NCBI GenBank assembly: GCA_002448445.1
Contig: DJYC01000112.1
Location: 51,334 to 115,333, forward strand
Length of the DNA stretch: 64,000 nucleotides
Direction: 5' to 3'
Source: Treponema sp. UBA6988
GTDB lineage: Bacteria > Spirochaetota > Spirochaetia > Treponematales > Treponemataceae
Part shown: piece after piece, positions 9,867 through 19,692 of the stretch
Position numbering within the stretch: position 1 is the stretch's first letter
Layout: every line of letters starts with the position of its first letter
Program-made: the position numbers and the translations under genes
Notes under the pieces: generated by a model
The model's database searches: none
Told to the model about the DNA's origin: nothing
The model's input: only the letters and a program-made list of their open reading frames with translations

Positions 9867-10349
9867 ATGAACAGGTTCAGTTTTTTTGTGGGAGCCCTTT
9901 CTCTGGCTGTCCTAGCATTTATTGGGTGCGAAAGCGTTCCTAAAAAACCGGCAACGGTAGTTTATAAATATGAGAACAATGGCAACCCGGTAGAAATAAC
10001 TGTTTTAAACACAAGTGCAAAAAGCAAGGAGCCCAGTTCATGCACGGTCATGCTTTGCGCAAATCCAACAACAGGATACTCGTGGTCATACCGCCTAACA
10101 CCAGACAAGGTTCTAAAGGTAACAGACGAAAAATATGTTCAGGATAAAAAGGATTCCCGCACAGTTGGAACAGGAGGAAAGCAGTACTATATTTTTACCC
10201 CCCAAAAGCAGGGAATTGCGGATGCTGTCTTAACCTATTCCCGCCCCTGGGAAAAAACAAAATTGGATCAGAAGATAAGAATAAAATTCAGCATAGACAG
10301 AAACCGGGATATTTATGTTCAGGATGTAATTCTTGGAACAGACAAATAG
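9867..10349 (+). CDS. Chagasin-family (I42) cysteine protease inhibitor lipoprotein
   Basis: Lipobox-like FIGC; NPTTGYSW, VGTGG, YSRPWE. Confidence 0.85.
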   Translation: MNRFSFFVGALSLAVLAFIGCESVPKKPATVVYKYENNGNPVEITVLNTSAKSKEPSSCTVMLCANPTTGYSWSYRLTPDKVLKVTDEKYVQDKKDSRTVGTGGKQYYIFTPQKQGIADAVLTYSRPWEKTKLDQKIRIKFSIDRNRDIYVQDVILGTDK

Positions 10350-10580
10350 AATGCAAAGCAAGGCCCAATGTCTGCAAAAGAGTTGGGCTTATGCGGACGA
10401 GGTTGCGCGGAAGTATCTTTAAACTATAACTTGAATGACAATCCCAAACAATCTTGGTACACTGATCATGGCATGTAAATAAAACAATTTTTTTTAATTG
10501 CTTTTTGACAAAAAAAGTGTTTTTTTGGTTGAATCTTTTTTTGCTTATGCTATATTGTCGCAAAGGATGGAGGTGTACTT

Positions 10581-12002
10581 ATGACTTTTCCTAAGGATTT
10601 TATTTGGGGCGCAGCAACCGCCAGTTATCAGATAGAAGGAGCCGCAAAAGAAGACGGCAGGCAGGAATCCGTTTGGGATGCCTTTAGCCACACTCCCGGC
10701 AAAACAAAATTTGGTGCAACAGGAGACATTGCCTGTGACCACTACCACCGCTACAAGGAAGACATAGAGCTTTTCTCCCAGCTGGGAATTCCGAACTACC
10801 GCTTTTCTGTTGCATGGCCGCGCGTGTTAAGCTACGACAGCGACACAAAGGGTGGTGCAATTCACGGAATTGTAAACCAGAAAGGCCTTGACTTTTACGA
10901 CCGCCTTATAGATGCTCTTCTGGAAAAAAACATAACACCTTGGCTTACGCTCTTTCACTGGGACTTGCCTCTTGTTCTTGAACGCAAGGGTGGCTGGCGC
11001 AACAGGGACGTCCGCTATTGGGCAGGAGAATACACGGAGCTTATCGTAAAAAAATTTGGTGACCGTGTAAAAAATTTCTTTACGCTGAACGAGATGCCCT
11101 GCATTCTTGGCGGATACATGGGCTGGATGGCACCAGGGCTTGAACTTTCACGCCGCGAGCTTCTTAACACTGTTCACAATATTCTTCTTACACAGGGAAC
11201 AATGGTTCAGGCTGTAAGGGCAAATGCTTCTGAAGGAACTAAGGTTGGACTTGCCCACTGTGGCTTTGCAAACTTTCCTGCTACTGATTCTGCAGAAGAT
11301 ATAGCGGCCTTTGAAAAATCAATGGATGTATTTGAATCCGCACCGGAATCATGGCGCCCGCAGAAGGGATCTGGTATTCTTTACGGCGGAAGCCTGCACT
11401 ACTGGTGCGACCCAATTTATTTTGGCGCTTACCCCAAGGATGCGGATAAAGCGTTTGGTTCGGATATGCCGGAAATTCTTGACGGTGACATGAAGATTAT
11501 CTCTTCTCCGGTTGACTTCCACGGACAGAATATTTACGAGGGAATTGCAATTTGCGCTCCAACTTCGGAGAAAGACAAGGAACAGGGGTTCTCTGTAAAG
11601 GAATTTCCCTACGGCTACCCGACGACCGCTGCAAAGTGGAACATTACTCCGCGTTCTATGCATCACTTTACAAAGCACATCTACGACCGTTACAAGAAGC
11701 CTGTAATCATAAGCGAAAACGGTCTTAGCACGAGTGACTACATAAGCCCGGATGGCAAGATTCATGATACGCTCCGCATAGACTTTACGAATGCCTATCT
11801 GAACGAGCTTGGCAAATCCATTCAGGACGGTGCGGACATACGCGGTTACTTCCACTGGTCCATTCTAGACAACTTTGAATGGGCACGTGGCTATACCGAA
11901 AGGTTTGGTCTTGTTCACGTAGACTACACAAGCCTAAAGCGTACGCCAAAAGACAGCGCCTACTGGTACAGGGACGTTATAAAAAACAACGGAACCCTGT
12001 AA
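10581..12002 (+). CDS. GH1 beta-glucosidase
   Basis: FIWGAATASYQIEG, TLNEM, ISENG, DNFEW. Confidence 0.95.
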   Translation: MTFPKDFIWGAATASYQIEGAAKEDGRQESVWDAFSHTPGKTKFGATGDIACDHYHRYKEDIELFSQLGIPNYRFSVAWPRVLSYDSDTKGGAIHGIVNQKGLDFYDRLIDALLEKNITPWLTLFHWDLPLVLERKGGWRNRDVRYWAGEYTELIVKKFGDRVKNFFTLNEMPCILGGYMGWMAPGLELSRRELLNTVHNILLTQGTMVQAVRANASEGTKVGLAHCGFANFPATDSAEDIAAFEKSMDVFESAPESWRPQKGSGILYGGSLHYWCDPIYFGAYPKDADKAFGSDMPEILDGDMKIISSPVDFHGQNIYEGIAICAPTSEKDKEQGFSVKEFPYGYPTTAAKWNITPRSMHHFTKHIYDRYKKPVIISENGLSTSDYISPDGKIHDTLRIDFTNAYLNELGKSIQDGADIRGYFHWSILDNFEWARGYTERFGLVHVDYTSLKRTPKDSAYWYRDVIKNNGTL

Positions 12003-12061
12003 AGCCCCACACCCCCACTTGACCATGTTTGCATTTTTATGCTAAACTAATTCCAACTTTT

Positions 12062-12135
12062 GGGGGTGTAGCTCAACTGGCTAGAGCGCCTGCATGGCAT
12101 GCAGGAGGTAAGGGATTCGACTTCCCTCATCTCCA
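12062..12135 (+). tRNA. tRNA-Ala(GGC)
   Basis: Acceptor GGGGGTG/CATCTCC-A; anticodon arm CCTGC atGGCat GCAGG; T-arm AGGGA TTCGACT TCCCT; CCA not encoded; upstream TTGACC-18-TAAACT. Confidence 0.95.
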
Positions 12136-12789
12136 TCAGAAAGACTGTTGCAAATAAGCGACAGTCTTTTTTTATGTCCTAAACATTTAACACAAAGCGA
12201 ATCCCTTAGCGGAGTGAGCGCCGACCAAAGGGAGGAAAAGCCCGCACGGATGCGGGCGACAGCGAACGAAGCCGCATGGAGGGAGGCACAAGGAAGTGCC
12301 GACCGTAGTGAGGGATTCGACTTCCCTCATCTCCATCAAGTAGACTGTTGCAAATAAGCGACAGTCTTTTTTTTGCCCTAAGCACTTAACACAAAGCGAA
12401 TCCCGCAGCGCAGTGAGCGCCGACCAAAGGGAGGAAAAGCCCGCACGGATGCGGGCGTCAGCAAACGAAGCCGCATGAAGGGAGGCACAAGGATGTGCCG
12501 ACCGGAATGAGGGATTCGACTTCCCTCATCTCCATCAAGAGAACTGTTGCAATTTGCAGCAGTTCTTTTTTTTTGCAATAAATCTTATCACAAAGCGAAT
12601 CCCTTAGCGGAGTGAGCGTCGCATGCTACGCATGCTTACCGAGTTTCCTTCGGAAACTCGCGGTTTTATATGCTACGAATCAAATATAAAAAGACAGATC
12701 AATGCGGGCGACAGCGAACGAAGCCGCATGGAGGGAGGCACAGGATGTGCCGACCGGAATGAGGGATTCGACTTTCCTCATCTCCATCA
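12111..12789 (+). repeat. Tandem array of three ~200-250 bp units, each ending in a copy of the tRNA-Ala 3' end
   Basis: AGGGATTCGACTT(C/T)CCTCATCTCCATCA starts at 12111, 12311, 12510 and 12762. Confidence 0.95.
12141..12173 (+). terminator. Intrinsic terminator after the tRNA, repeated near 12343 and 12541
   Basis: AAGACTGTTGC aaataa GCGACAGTCTT followed by a T-run. Confidence 0.8.
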
Positions 12790-12907
12790 ATATACGTAGG
12801 CACTATGATTAAAAAACTCTGATTAAGACAGAAGATTGCCAGGTCAAGTCCGAAAATGACACGATGCTATTAATCAAGATATAATCTGTATAAGCGACAG
12901 GAGATAA

Positions 12908-13055
12908 AACCTACGCCCGATTGGAAGGGCCCGCCAAAGGCGGGTTGCGCCAGCAATGGAGGCGAGAGCCGGAACCCTGGAAAGCGGGTAGAAATTGCAT
13001 GGGCTGGCCGGTCACGTAGTGCCGGACACAGTAGAAAAAGGCATGCCGTCCAAAA
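12908..13055. repeat. Composite repeat containing structured-repeat copy 2 (reverse orientation)
   Basis: CCTACGCCCGATTGGAAGGG...GGAACCCTGGAAAGCGGG followed by the CCGGACACAGT module. Confidence 0.85.
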
Positions 13056-13091
13056 AACTATTTTGCAATTCAAAATATTTTGCCAGGCAAA

Positions 13092-13607
13092 CTATTTTGC
13101 CCAATATGCATGAATCAGAACAATGACGAAGCCACAAGCTACAATCAAGCGGAGGCCTGTTCCTGTTACAAAGCCAAGGAAAGCAAAGGCAGCGGACTTT
13201 ATGGCCCTTTTTACATCGGAGCGGTCGTGTATCAGTTCACCAATGAATGCACCCACAAAGGGGCCTGCAAGAATGCCGATAAAACCACCCAAAAAGAGAC
13301 CGGCAAATGTTCCCACGATTGCACCCAGGGAACCTGCCCTGGAACCGCCGGCCTTGATAGTAAAAAACGAGGGCACAAAATTGTTCACCACTTCCACAAG
13401 CACCGTAATAACCGCACAAACGATAAGAGTTGCAAGGGAAAGCTTGCATGGTTCGACAAAGTAGGATGCCAGCATTCCGCCCCAGCACAAGGGTGTTCCC
13501 GCAATTCCCGGTATTATGCAGCCGACTATCCCAAGAAAGACCAACAAAAATGTGAGGACGATTAGTAAAATATCAAGTGCAGTAATAGAGAACGAAATAG
13601 ATTCCAT
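13092..13607 (-). CDS. DUF456 (YqgC-like) membrane protein
   Basis: GCIIPGIAG, GGSRAG, GPFVGAFIGEL. Confidence 0.85.
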   Translation of the reverse strand: MESISFSITALDILLIVLTFLLVFLGIVGCIIPGIAGTPLCWGGMLASYFVEPCKLSLATLIVCAVITVLVEVVNNFVPSFFTIKAGGSRAGSLGAIVGTFAGLFLGGFIGILAGPFVGAFIGELIHDRSDVKRAIKSAAFAFLGFVTGTGLRLIVACGFVIVLIHAYWAK

Positions 13608-13628
13608 ATAAAAAACTATAGAACAATT

Positions 13629-15821
13629 CTAGTCCAAATTCAACAGACGGCGGGTCTTTTTTATTCGGACGGCAGAGCTTACCGGAATGCAAATCTTTTC
13701 TCCGCTAGAAGAAAGTTCCAAAATAAGCTGGGCGTTAGGAGCCTTTTTGTTAAGCTCAACAGGTCTTCCCGCAACGGAGTTTCCGCTGTCCAAAGCCACT
13801 TCCAAAATGCCACCGTTTTGAATGGCACTTTCTATAACGTGGATTTTACCCGTGTAGTCCATTCCTCCGGCTTCCACCTTTTCAAAGCGAACGCTCTCTC
13901 CAACAAGCTGGGATTTGTTAAGCACAATCCTTCTGTTTATTCTGTCCAAGAGGCCTTCCTTCTGGTCCTGTGGCAAATTCATTCCGTCTAGTTCTGACTT
14001 TAGTTCATCCAGTATTGCCTTTTGCTTTTCTTTGTCCACCTTGTGAACAGGGGCTTTTTTTTCTTTAGATTCAATTTTTTTCTCCGGCTCGTCAAGCGGC
14101 AAAAAAGCAAGCGTACGGTTCTGGCCTGGAGCAAGCTTCATGTTGCCTATAAAATCAAGGCCGCTCTTTGCAATGATGCTCTGGGCCTTGGCATCGTCCG
14201 CAAAAGAAAGAAAAAAGACTCCGGCAGAAAGTTCTTCCATTATGTAGGGTGAAAGAAGCGGATTGTTTTTTATGAACTGGGCATTTTCTTCTTTTACCTT
14301 TAGGACATAGCCTTTGTAAAGCGAAGCAGATTTATACGAGCTGAACCACTCTTCCAAAGAAATCTGAATGTTCTGCTGAATTTTATATGATGAATATTTT
14401 TCCAAGAGCAAAGAAATTTTTTCCGGTGTAAAACCAGCATCAAAAGCGCGGATTGCACAAGCACGGTTTATTTCAAAAACGGCGGCGGTGTCATAGTGCT
14501 TTATTTGCATAAAATGAACAAAGGGCAAAAGCTCGTGCAGGTTAAGCCCCGGAAGAAGGGTAACAGAAAATGCAGAATCTATGCTTAGAACCTTTGTGTT
14601 TGCCACATTCGCATTTTTTTCTTCGTCAAAAAAGCTGCTCCTCTTGTACAAGGGGTTGCCTTCCAAGTCTTTTCCGCAAACGCAGAGAATGGAAAATTCA
14701 AGGGCAGCTTCTGCAAGTGCCTTTACAAGATTTCCGTCTGTAAGTTCCGGGGGCAAAGAAGATTCACCGCCAGATGCCAGAGACGGACTAGTGGCAGCAG
14801 AGCCAGACGCGGCGGAAGAAAGAATCCTTCCAAAACGGCTTGAAGTTTCTCCAGCCACCTTTTCCTTTTCCAAAAGAAAGAGCTGGGTAAGCTGAACAAG
14901 CGTGCAACCGGATGCAGGAATTGCATACAGAGTGCAGAAAAAAATCTGAGCGTTCACCTGCATGGTTTTTCTTGGAAAGTGGGCAACAGATGCCGTGACC
15001 AAATAAAGGTACTGGGCTTTTTCTTCCATTGCGGCAAAATTTTCCAAGCGGTCCAAGTCTACGCTGATTCCTTTTTCCAAGGCACAAAAAATGGAAAGGT
15101 TCATAAAAGCGGCGGTAAGTTTTTCAAGGCATGATTTTCCAAGCCCTTCAAAGACTTCCTGCATTTCCGTAAGGCTGTGCTTTTTTAGGGAACCGTCGTT
15201 CTTGCAAAGGTCAGGATGGGAGATTGCAAAGGAACAGAAGCTTGCCAAAAACTGTGGGCTCAAAGTGCATGGTGCCTTGAACAATAAACTTGCTGATTCC
15301 CCCTCCCCTTTTTGCACGGGGGAATTTGGCTTTTCGTCCTGAGGCACGGCTTTTTCCGAATCACTAAAAAGAAAGTCCGTCTGCAAAAGAGGATCAAGTT
15401 CATCTTCCAAAAGCGGGTTTATGCGCAGTTCCATTGCCCCGGAATCCTTGTCCGCAAAGCTAAAAAGAATAAGGCGTTCCTGCAGGTTTGTTATGTGCTC
15501 GTTCAGGTCATTTGGAAACCTTTTCCCCTGCGATTTTGTTTCCATGAAGGAAAGAATCTTTGAGACGGTGCAATCGCGGACGGTCTTTACTATGGTAAGA
15601 ATTTTAAGGTCACCGCTTCCCAAAAGGCTTACCAAAGTTTCCCTGTTTTCCTTCTTGCGCAAAAATGAAGAAAGATCTTCTATAAGCTTCTGCTTGTTGT
15701 AGGGAGTCTTTATCTCGCCAAGGTACATGCGCATTATGTCAAAGAACATAACCTCGTCCATGGTTGCCATGCTTTCGCGCCAGTCTATTATACGCTGAGC
15801 CTTAGGTGTTATAACTGCCAT
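13629..15821 (-). CDS. Helicase-associated (Helicase_C_3-like) XPB partner protein
   Basis: FEINRACAIRAFDAGF...IQQNIQISLEEW; 1-nt overlap with the XPB gene. Confidence 0.75.
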   Translation of the reverse strand: MAVITPKAQRIIDWRESMATMDEVMFFDIMRMYLGEIKTPYNKQKLIEDLSSFLRKKENRETLVSLLGSGDLKILTIVKTVRDCTVSKILSFMETKSQGKRFPNDLNEHITNLQERLILFSFADKDSGAMELRINPLLEDELDPLLQTDFLFSDSEKAVPQDEKPNSPVQKGEGESASLLFKAPCTLSPQFLASFCSFAISHPDLCKNDGSLKKHSLTEMQEVFEGLGKSCLEKLTAAFMNLSIFCALEKGISVDLDRLENFAAMEEKAQYLYLVTASVAHFPRKTMQVNAQIFFCTLYAIPASGCTLVQLTQLFLLEKEKVAGETSSRFGRILSSAASGSAATSPSLASGGESSLPPELTDGNLVKALAEAALEFSILCVCGKDLEGNPLYKRSSFFDEEKNANVANTKVLSIDSAFSVTLLPGLNLHELLPFVHFMQIKHYDTAAVFEINRACAIRAFDAGFTPEKISLLLEKYSSYKIQQNIQISLEEWFSSYKSASLYKGYVLKVKEENAQFIKNNPLLSPYIMEELSAGVFFLSFADDAKAQSIIAKSGLDFIGNMKLAPGQNRTLAFLPLDEPEKKIESKEKKAPVHKVDKEKQKAILDELKSELDGMNLPQDQKEGLLDRINRRIVLNKSQLVGESVRFEKVEAGGMDYTGKIHVIESAIQNGGILEVALDSGNSVAGRPVELNKKAPNAQLILELSSSGEKICIPVSSAVRIKKTRRLLNLD

Positions 15822-17614
15822 CACTCTTCTCCAAATCCGCCGATGCAAAGTGGCTGGGTTGCATCAAGCTCGTCCAGGCTTGACTCGTCATTGTATCTTA
15901 GGATTCTGTAGGAATAGCCCTGCTCGGCAAGGAATTTCTGCCTGTTGCTGCCAAAATCCTCTTCCACCGTGTTGCGGGTAATCAGCGTAAAGAAGCGTGA
16001 TGTTCGTTCCTTGGGGCGGAGGATTCTTCCAAGACGCTGGGCTTCTTCCTGCCTTGAGCCAAATGTTCCGCTTACCTGAATTGCCATGCTTGCGTCCGGA
16101 AGGTCTATTGCAAAGTTTGCAACCTTGCTTACCACAAGCACGTGAATGTTGCCGCTCCTAAAGTCTGCATAAATCTTGTCGCGCTCGGAGTTGGGCGTTT
16201 TTCCGGTGATGATTGGTGCGTCCAAAAGCTTTGCAAGATTGTGCAGCTGGTCAAGGTACTGGCCAATAACCAAAATCTTGTCCTGGGGGAATTTTTTTAC
16301 AAGTTCCACAACGATTTTATCCTTAACAGGATTTTCGCTTGCAATCTTGTGCTTTGCCCTCTGCTGTGAAACCGCATATTCAATCTCTTTGTCCTGTGGA
16401 AGTCCTAGGCGAACCTCCACACATTCGGCACTGGCAATCCAGCCGGAGCGTTCTAGTTCCTTCCAGGGAACATCGTATCTTTTGGGACCAACCAAAGAAA
16501 AGACATAGCCCTCGCAGCCGTCTTCGCGGACAAGAGTTGCGGTTAGCCCAACCCGCCGCACAGCCTGAATCTCTGCCGCCACCCTAAAGACCGGGGCAGG
16601 AAGGGTGTGAACTTCGTCGTAGATTATAAGCCCCCAGTTGTTTTGCCTAAAAAGGGAAAAATGCGGGTAAGGGCCAGTTTTGTTTGGCCTCCAGGTAAGA
16701 ATCTGGTAAGTCGCAACCGTAACCGGAAGAATTGTCTTGTTTTCGCCAGTGTATTCTGCAATTTGGTCGCGTTCAAGGTTTGTCTTATCCACAAGTTCGT
16801 CTATCCACTGGTGGACTGCGCTTATGTTTGTTGTAACAATCAGAGTGTTGGTCTTTAGCATGGACATAATCAGCATGCCAACGATGGTTTTTCCAGCCCC
16901 GCAAGGAAGCACAATGGTGCCAAAACCAGTGCCAGGCCCCCGGTCGCCAATAAGAGCCTGGGCAGACTTTTTTTGGTATTCGCGGATTTCAAACGCCTTT
17001 CCTGCAAGGGTCTTTTCCCTAAGGTTTATTTCAAGCGGAGCTCCGTCCTGCAGGGGAACATCGTCTTTTACAGGCCAGCCCAGTTTTAAAAGCTGCTGCT
17101 TTACGGTACCGCGGTCTGTAAGGTTTAGGATAAAGCAGTATTTTTTTTCTTCTTCGCTAACAGAAACGGCTTTTAGAGCCTCGCTGTCCGGTTCTTCGTA
17201 GGTGCAGGGAAGCATCAGCTTTTGAACGGCGGGATTTGCGCTTATTTCCTTAAAGACGTAGGGAGAAGAAGAAACAAGATAAAGGTATTCTTCCTTGCCG
17301 CTGGGGCAGGGAACGAGGCGCAGTTTGCCAAAGCGGTTTGCCGTTTCCGAAATCCACACAAGCACGTTCTGGGGAACTTCGTAGCGGGAAAATTTCTTTA
17401 GCACGTCAATTGCATCCTGACTTGTAAAGCCTGCGCTGGCCGCATTCCACAAAGAAAGGGGGGTAAGCGCATAGGTGTGCAAATGTTCCGGCGAACGCAA
17501 AAGTTCCGCAAAGGGAATAAGGGCATTACGGCATTCCTCCGCAAGCGGTGCATGAACATCCAGCAGCAGAGTGCGGTCCGACTGTACAATTAAAGGCATA
17601 TCCTGACTTGGCAT
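15821..17614 (-). CDS. XPB/Ssl2-like SF2 DNA helicase
   Basis: PLIVQSDRTLLLDV, LPCGAGKT, DEVH, GLTAT, QRLGRILR. Confidence 0.95.
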   Translation of the reverse strand: MPSQDMPLIVQSDRTLLLDVHAPLAEECRNALIPFAELLRSPEHLHTYALTPLSLWNAASAGFTSQDAIDVLKKFSRYEVPQNVLVWISETANRFGKLRLVPCPSGKEEYLYLVSSSPYVFKEISANPAVQKLMLPCTYEEPDSEALKAVSVSEEEKKYCFILNLTDRGTVKQQLLKLGWPVKDDVPLQDGAPLEINLREKTLAGKAFEIREYQKKSAQALIGDRGPGTGFGTIVLPCGAGKTIVGMLIMSMLKTNTLIVTTNISAVHQWIDELVDKTNLERDQIAEYTGENKTILPVTVATYQILTWRPNKTGPYPHFSLFRQNNWGLIIYDEVHTLPAPVFRVAAEIQAVRRVGLTATLVREDGCEGYVFSLVGPKRYDVPWKELERSGWIASAECVEVRLGLPQDKEIEYAVSQQRAKHKIASENPVKDKIVVELVKKFPQDKILVIGQYLDQLHNLAKLLDAPIITGKTPNSERDKIYADFRSGNIHVLVVSKVANFAIDLPDASMAIQVSGTFGSRQEEAQRLGRILRPKERTSRFFTLITRNTVEEDFGSNRQKFLAEQGYSYRILRYNDESSLDELDATQPLCIGGFGEE

Positions 17615-17999
17615 AACGGTATATTATACAACATAAAGCGCAAATAGTTAATAGGATAATTTTTTTTTGTAGAAGGCAAGTGCAAATCTAAATGAAGTTT
17701 AGCAAAGATTAATCTAAATGAAGAAGCACTTCCACACGTTGTTTTACTACATTGTAGTCCCTGTCTGTTGCACTTACCTTCTGCAAGTTCTGTAAAGAAG
17801 GTAAAGAATGATGCCGGATGCTTTTGCATAACGATTATATACTAAACTTGAGAATTTAGATTAACACTTATTAATGACAGGGGATAGTTTTTTTTGTTAA
17901 GCCGGGCATTTGTCTTCTACATATTCCGGGGCGGGAAGCGGAATGACGTGCTCTTTATGTCAATGGTATCGTCTTGGCATATCCCCTCTCGCAAAGAAT

Positions 18000-18114
18000 C
18001 CTAGCACGGATTGGAGGGGCCGCGCAGCGGTTCTCGGTGGGGGCGCTCCCTGAGCTTGTCGAAGGGGCGGGCACACCGAGAATGGAGCCGAAAGGCGGAA
18101 CCCCGCAAAGCCGG
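18000..18114. repeat. Structured repeat copy 3 with a nested CCCTGAGCTTGTCGAAGGG REP
   Basis: ATTGGAGGGG...GGAACCCCGCAAAG; REP at 18048-18066 sits inside an internal hairpin. Confidence 0.8.
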
Positions 18115-18251
18115 ATTTTACAAGAGCTGCCTTTAGGCACAGTAAAAAAAGCAAGCCAGCTCCAGAAAAATAAAAATCAAAAAGAAAGCGTATTCCCTTT
18201 TAAGTGTTTTCCAAATTTGGTATAATCCTAAAAAAAGGGCGGAGGTCTCTT

Positions 18252-19472
18252 ATGGAAAAAATTATCAGCAGCCTGCTGGAAACGGACATGTACAAATTCA
18301 GCATGGGACAGGCTATTTACCACAAATTCCCAAGCTATGTAACTACATGGGATTTTAAGTGCCGCAATGAGGGCGTTAAGTTTACCCACGAGATGGTGGA
18401 GGAAATCCGCGAACAGGTTAAGGCATATTGCTCGCTTTCTTTTACGGAGGACGAGCTTGAATACCTTAGCGGCATTGAATGGATTAAGCGCGACTACGTT
18501 GACTTTTTGCGTCTCTGGCACCCTAGGTTTGAGGATTTCTCTATAAAGGAAATTCCTGACGGCTGCGGGCTTTCTATAGAGACTACCGGAACTTGGGTTA
18601 ACACATCTTTTTACGAGATTCCCACCCTTGCCATTGTGAACGAGGTTTACTTTAGGAATTCCGCCGACTACAAGCATCTTTTGGAAAGCTTTGTTGAGCG
18701 TGCGGACAAAAAGACCCAGGGACTTGTTGACGGGACATTCACTCTGGGAGCATTTTCCGAATTTGGCATGAGGCGCCGCCTTAGCGCAGAGGCACAGGAG
18801 CTTGTAATAAAGAAGATTATAGAAGCCCAGAAGACCAAGGGCTTTAAGGAATCAAACTTTGTAGGAACAAGCAACGTCTACCTTGCAAAAAAACTGGGCG
18901 TTTCCCCTGTTGGAACAATGGCCCATGAATTTGTTCAGTGCGTTGGCCAGGGTAACCGCAAGCACAACCCCGCTTATTCAAACTGGTACATGCTGGACGC
19001 TTGGGTTAACGAGTACGGCGTTCTTAACGGTATTGCGCTTACCGACACCGTTGGAACAGACGTTTTCCTGCGTGACTTTAGAAAGACATACGCAACTCTC
19101 TTTAGCGGAGTGCGCCACGATTCTGGTGACCCCTACGCTTGGGGAGAAAAGATGATTGCCCACTATAAGTCCCTTGGCATTGACCCTAAGACAAAGACCC
19201 TGCTCTTTAGCGACAGCCTGGACTTTGAGAGGGCATCCAATTTGTACAAGGCTTTTAAGGACAAGGCAAGGGTTGCTTTTGGCATAGGAACATTCATTGC
19301 AAACGACACCGATGCAACTCCGCTTAACATTGTTATGAAGGTTACGGAATGCAACAACGGTCCCGTAGCAAAGCTTTCTGATGTTGAAGGAAAGAACATG
19401 TGCAAGGACCCGGCCTACATTCACTACCTAAAGCGCACAATCAACTGGCGCCTTGAGCACCAGGAAATGTAG
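18252..19472 (+). CDS. pncB: Nicotinate phosphoribosyltransferase
   Basis: TDMYKFSM, SEFGMRRR, GTMAHE, GVRHDSGDP, FGIGT; GGAGG RBS. Confidence 0.95.
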   Translation: MEKIISSLLETDMYKFSMGQAIYHKFPSYVTTWDFKCRNEGVKFTHEMVEEIREQVKAYCSLSFTEDELEYLSGIEWIKRDYVDFLRLWHPRFEDFSIKEIPDGCGLSIETTGTWVNTSFYEIPTLAIVNEVYFRNSADYKHLLESFVERADKKTQGLVDGTFTLGAFSEFGMRRRLSAEAQELVIKKIIEAQKTKGFKESNFVGTSNVYLAKKLGVSPVGTMAHEFVQCVGQGNRKHNPAYSNWYMLDAWVNEYGVLNGIALTDTVGTDVFLRDFRKTYATLFSGVRHDSGDPYAWGEKMIAHYKSLGIDPKTKTLLFSDSLDFERASNLYKAFKDKARVAFGIGTFIANDTDATPLNIVMKVTECNNGPVAKLSDVEGKNMCKDPAYIHYLKRTINWRLEHQEM

Positions 19473-19509
19473 GAAATACCAAAGTCCGAGTTTTTATGGT
19501 CAACAGGAA

Positions 19510-19634
19510 AATTGGCTCTCAGCGGTTTTTGCCCCGAAAAAAGGCTTCCGCGCTTTCCCTCCGGGCACGGTAAACGCACTTACTATACCGTGTGTGCAGA
19601 ATTTTTTTCGGGTCAAAAACCGCTTACGCCAATT
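19510..19634. repeat. ~125-bp element bounded by long inverted repeats
   Basis: AGCGGTTTTTGCCCCGAAAAAA / TTTTTTCGGGTCAAAAACCGCT (22 bp, 1 mismatch) plus an inner hairpin. Confidence 0.7.
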
Positions 19635-19692
19635 ACTTTACAAGAAAATAAAAGCTCGAACTTGCCCAAGAGCATAGAAAGGAAGGAAAAAC

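Noticed and set aside
10395-10480. Lysine riboswitch-like start (GAGGTTGCG..AGTA)
   Set aside because: Wrong spacing, downstream conserved elements absent, and the downstream gene is a GH1.
12148-12578. Short ORFs over repeat regions (also 17955-18225, 28647-29016, 48758-49267, 53747-54194)
   Set aside because: Translations of GC-rich palindromic repeats; no coding evidence.
12111-12789. CRISPR array (28-nt repeats)
   Set aside because: The repeat is the tRNA 3' end, the 'spacers' are 170-220 bp and homologous to each other, and there are no cas genes.
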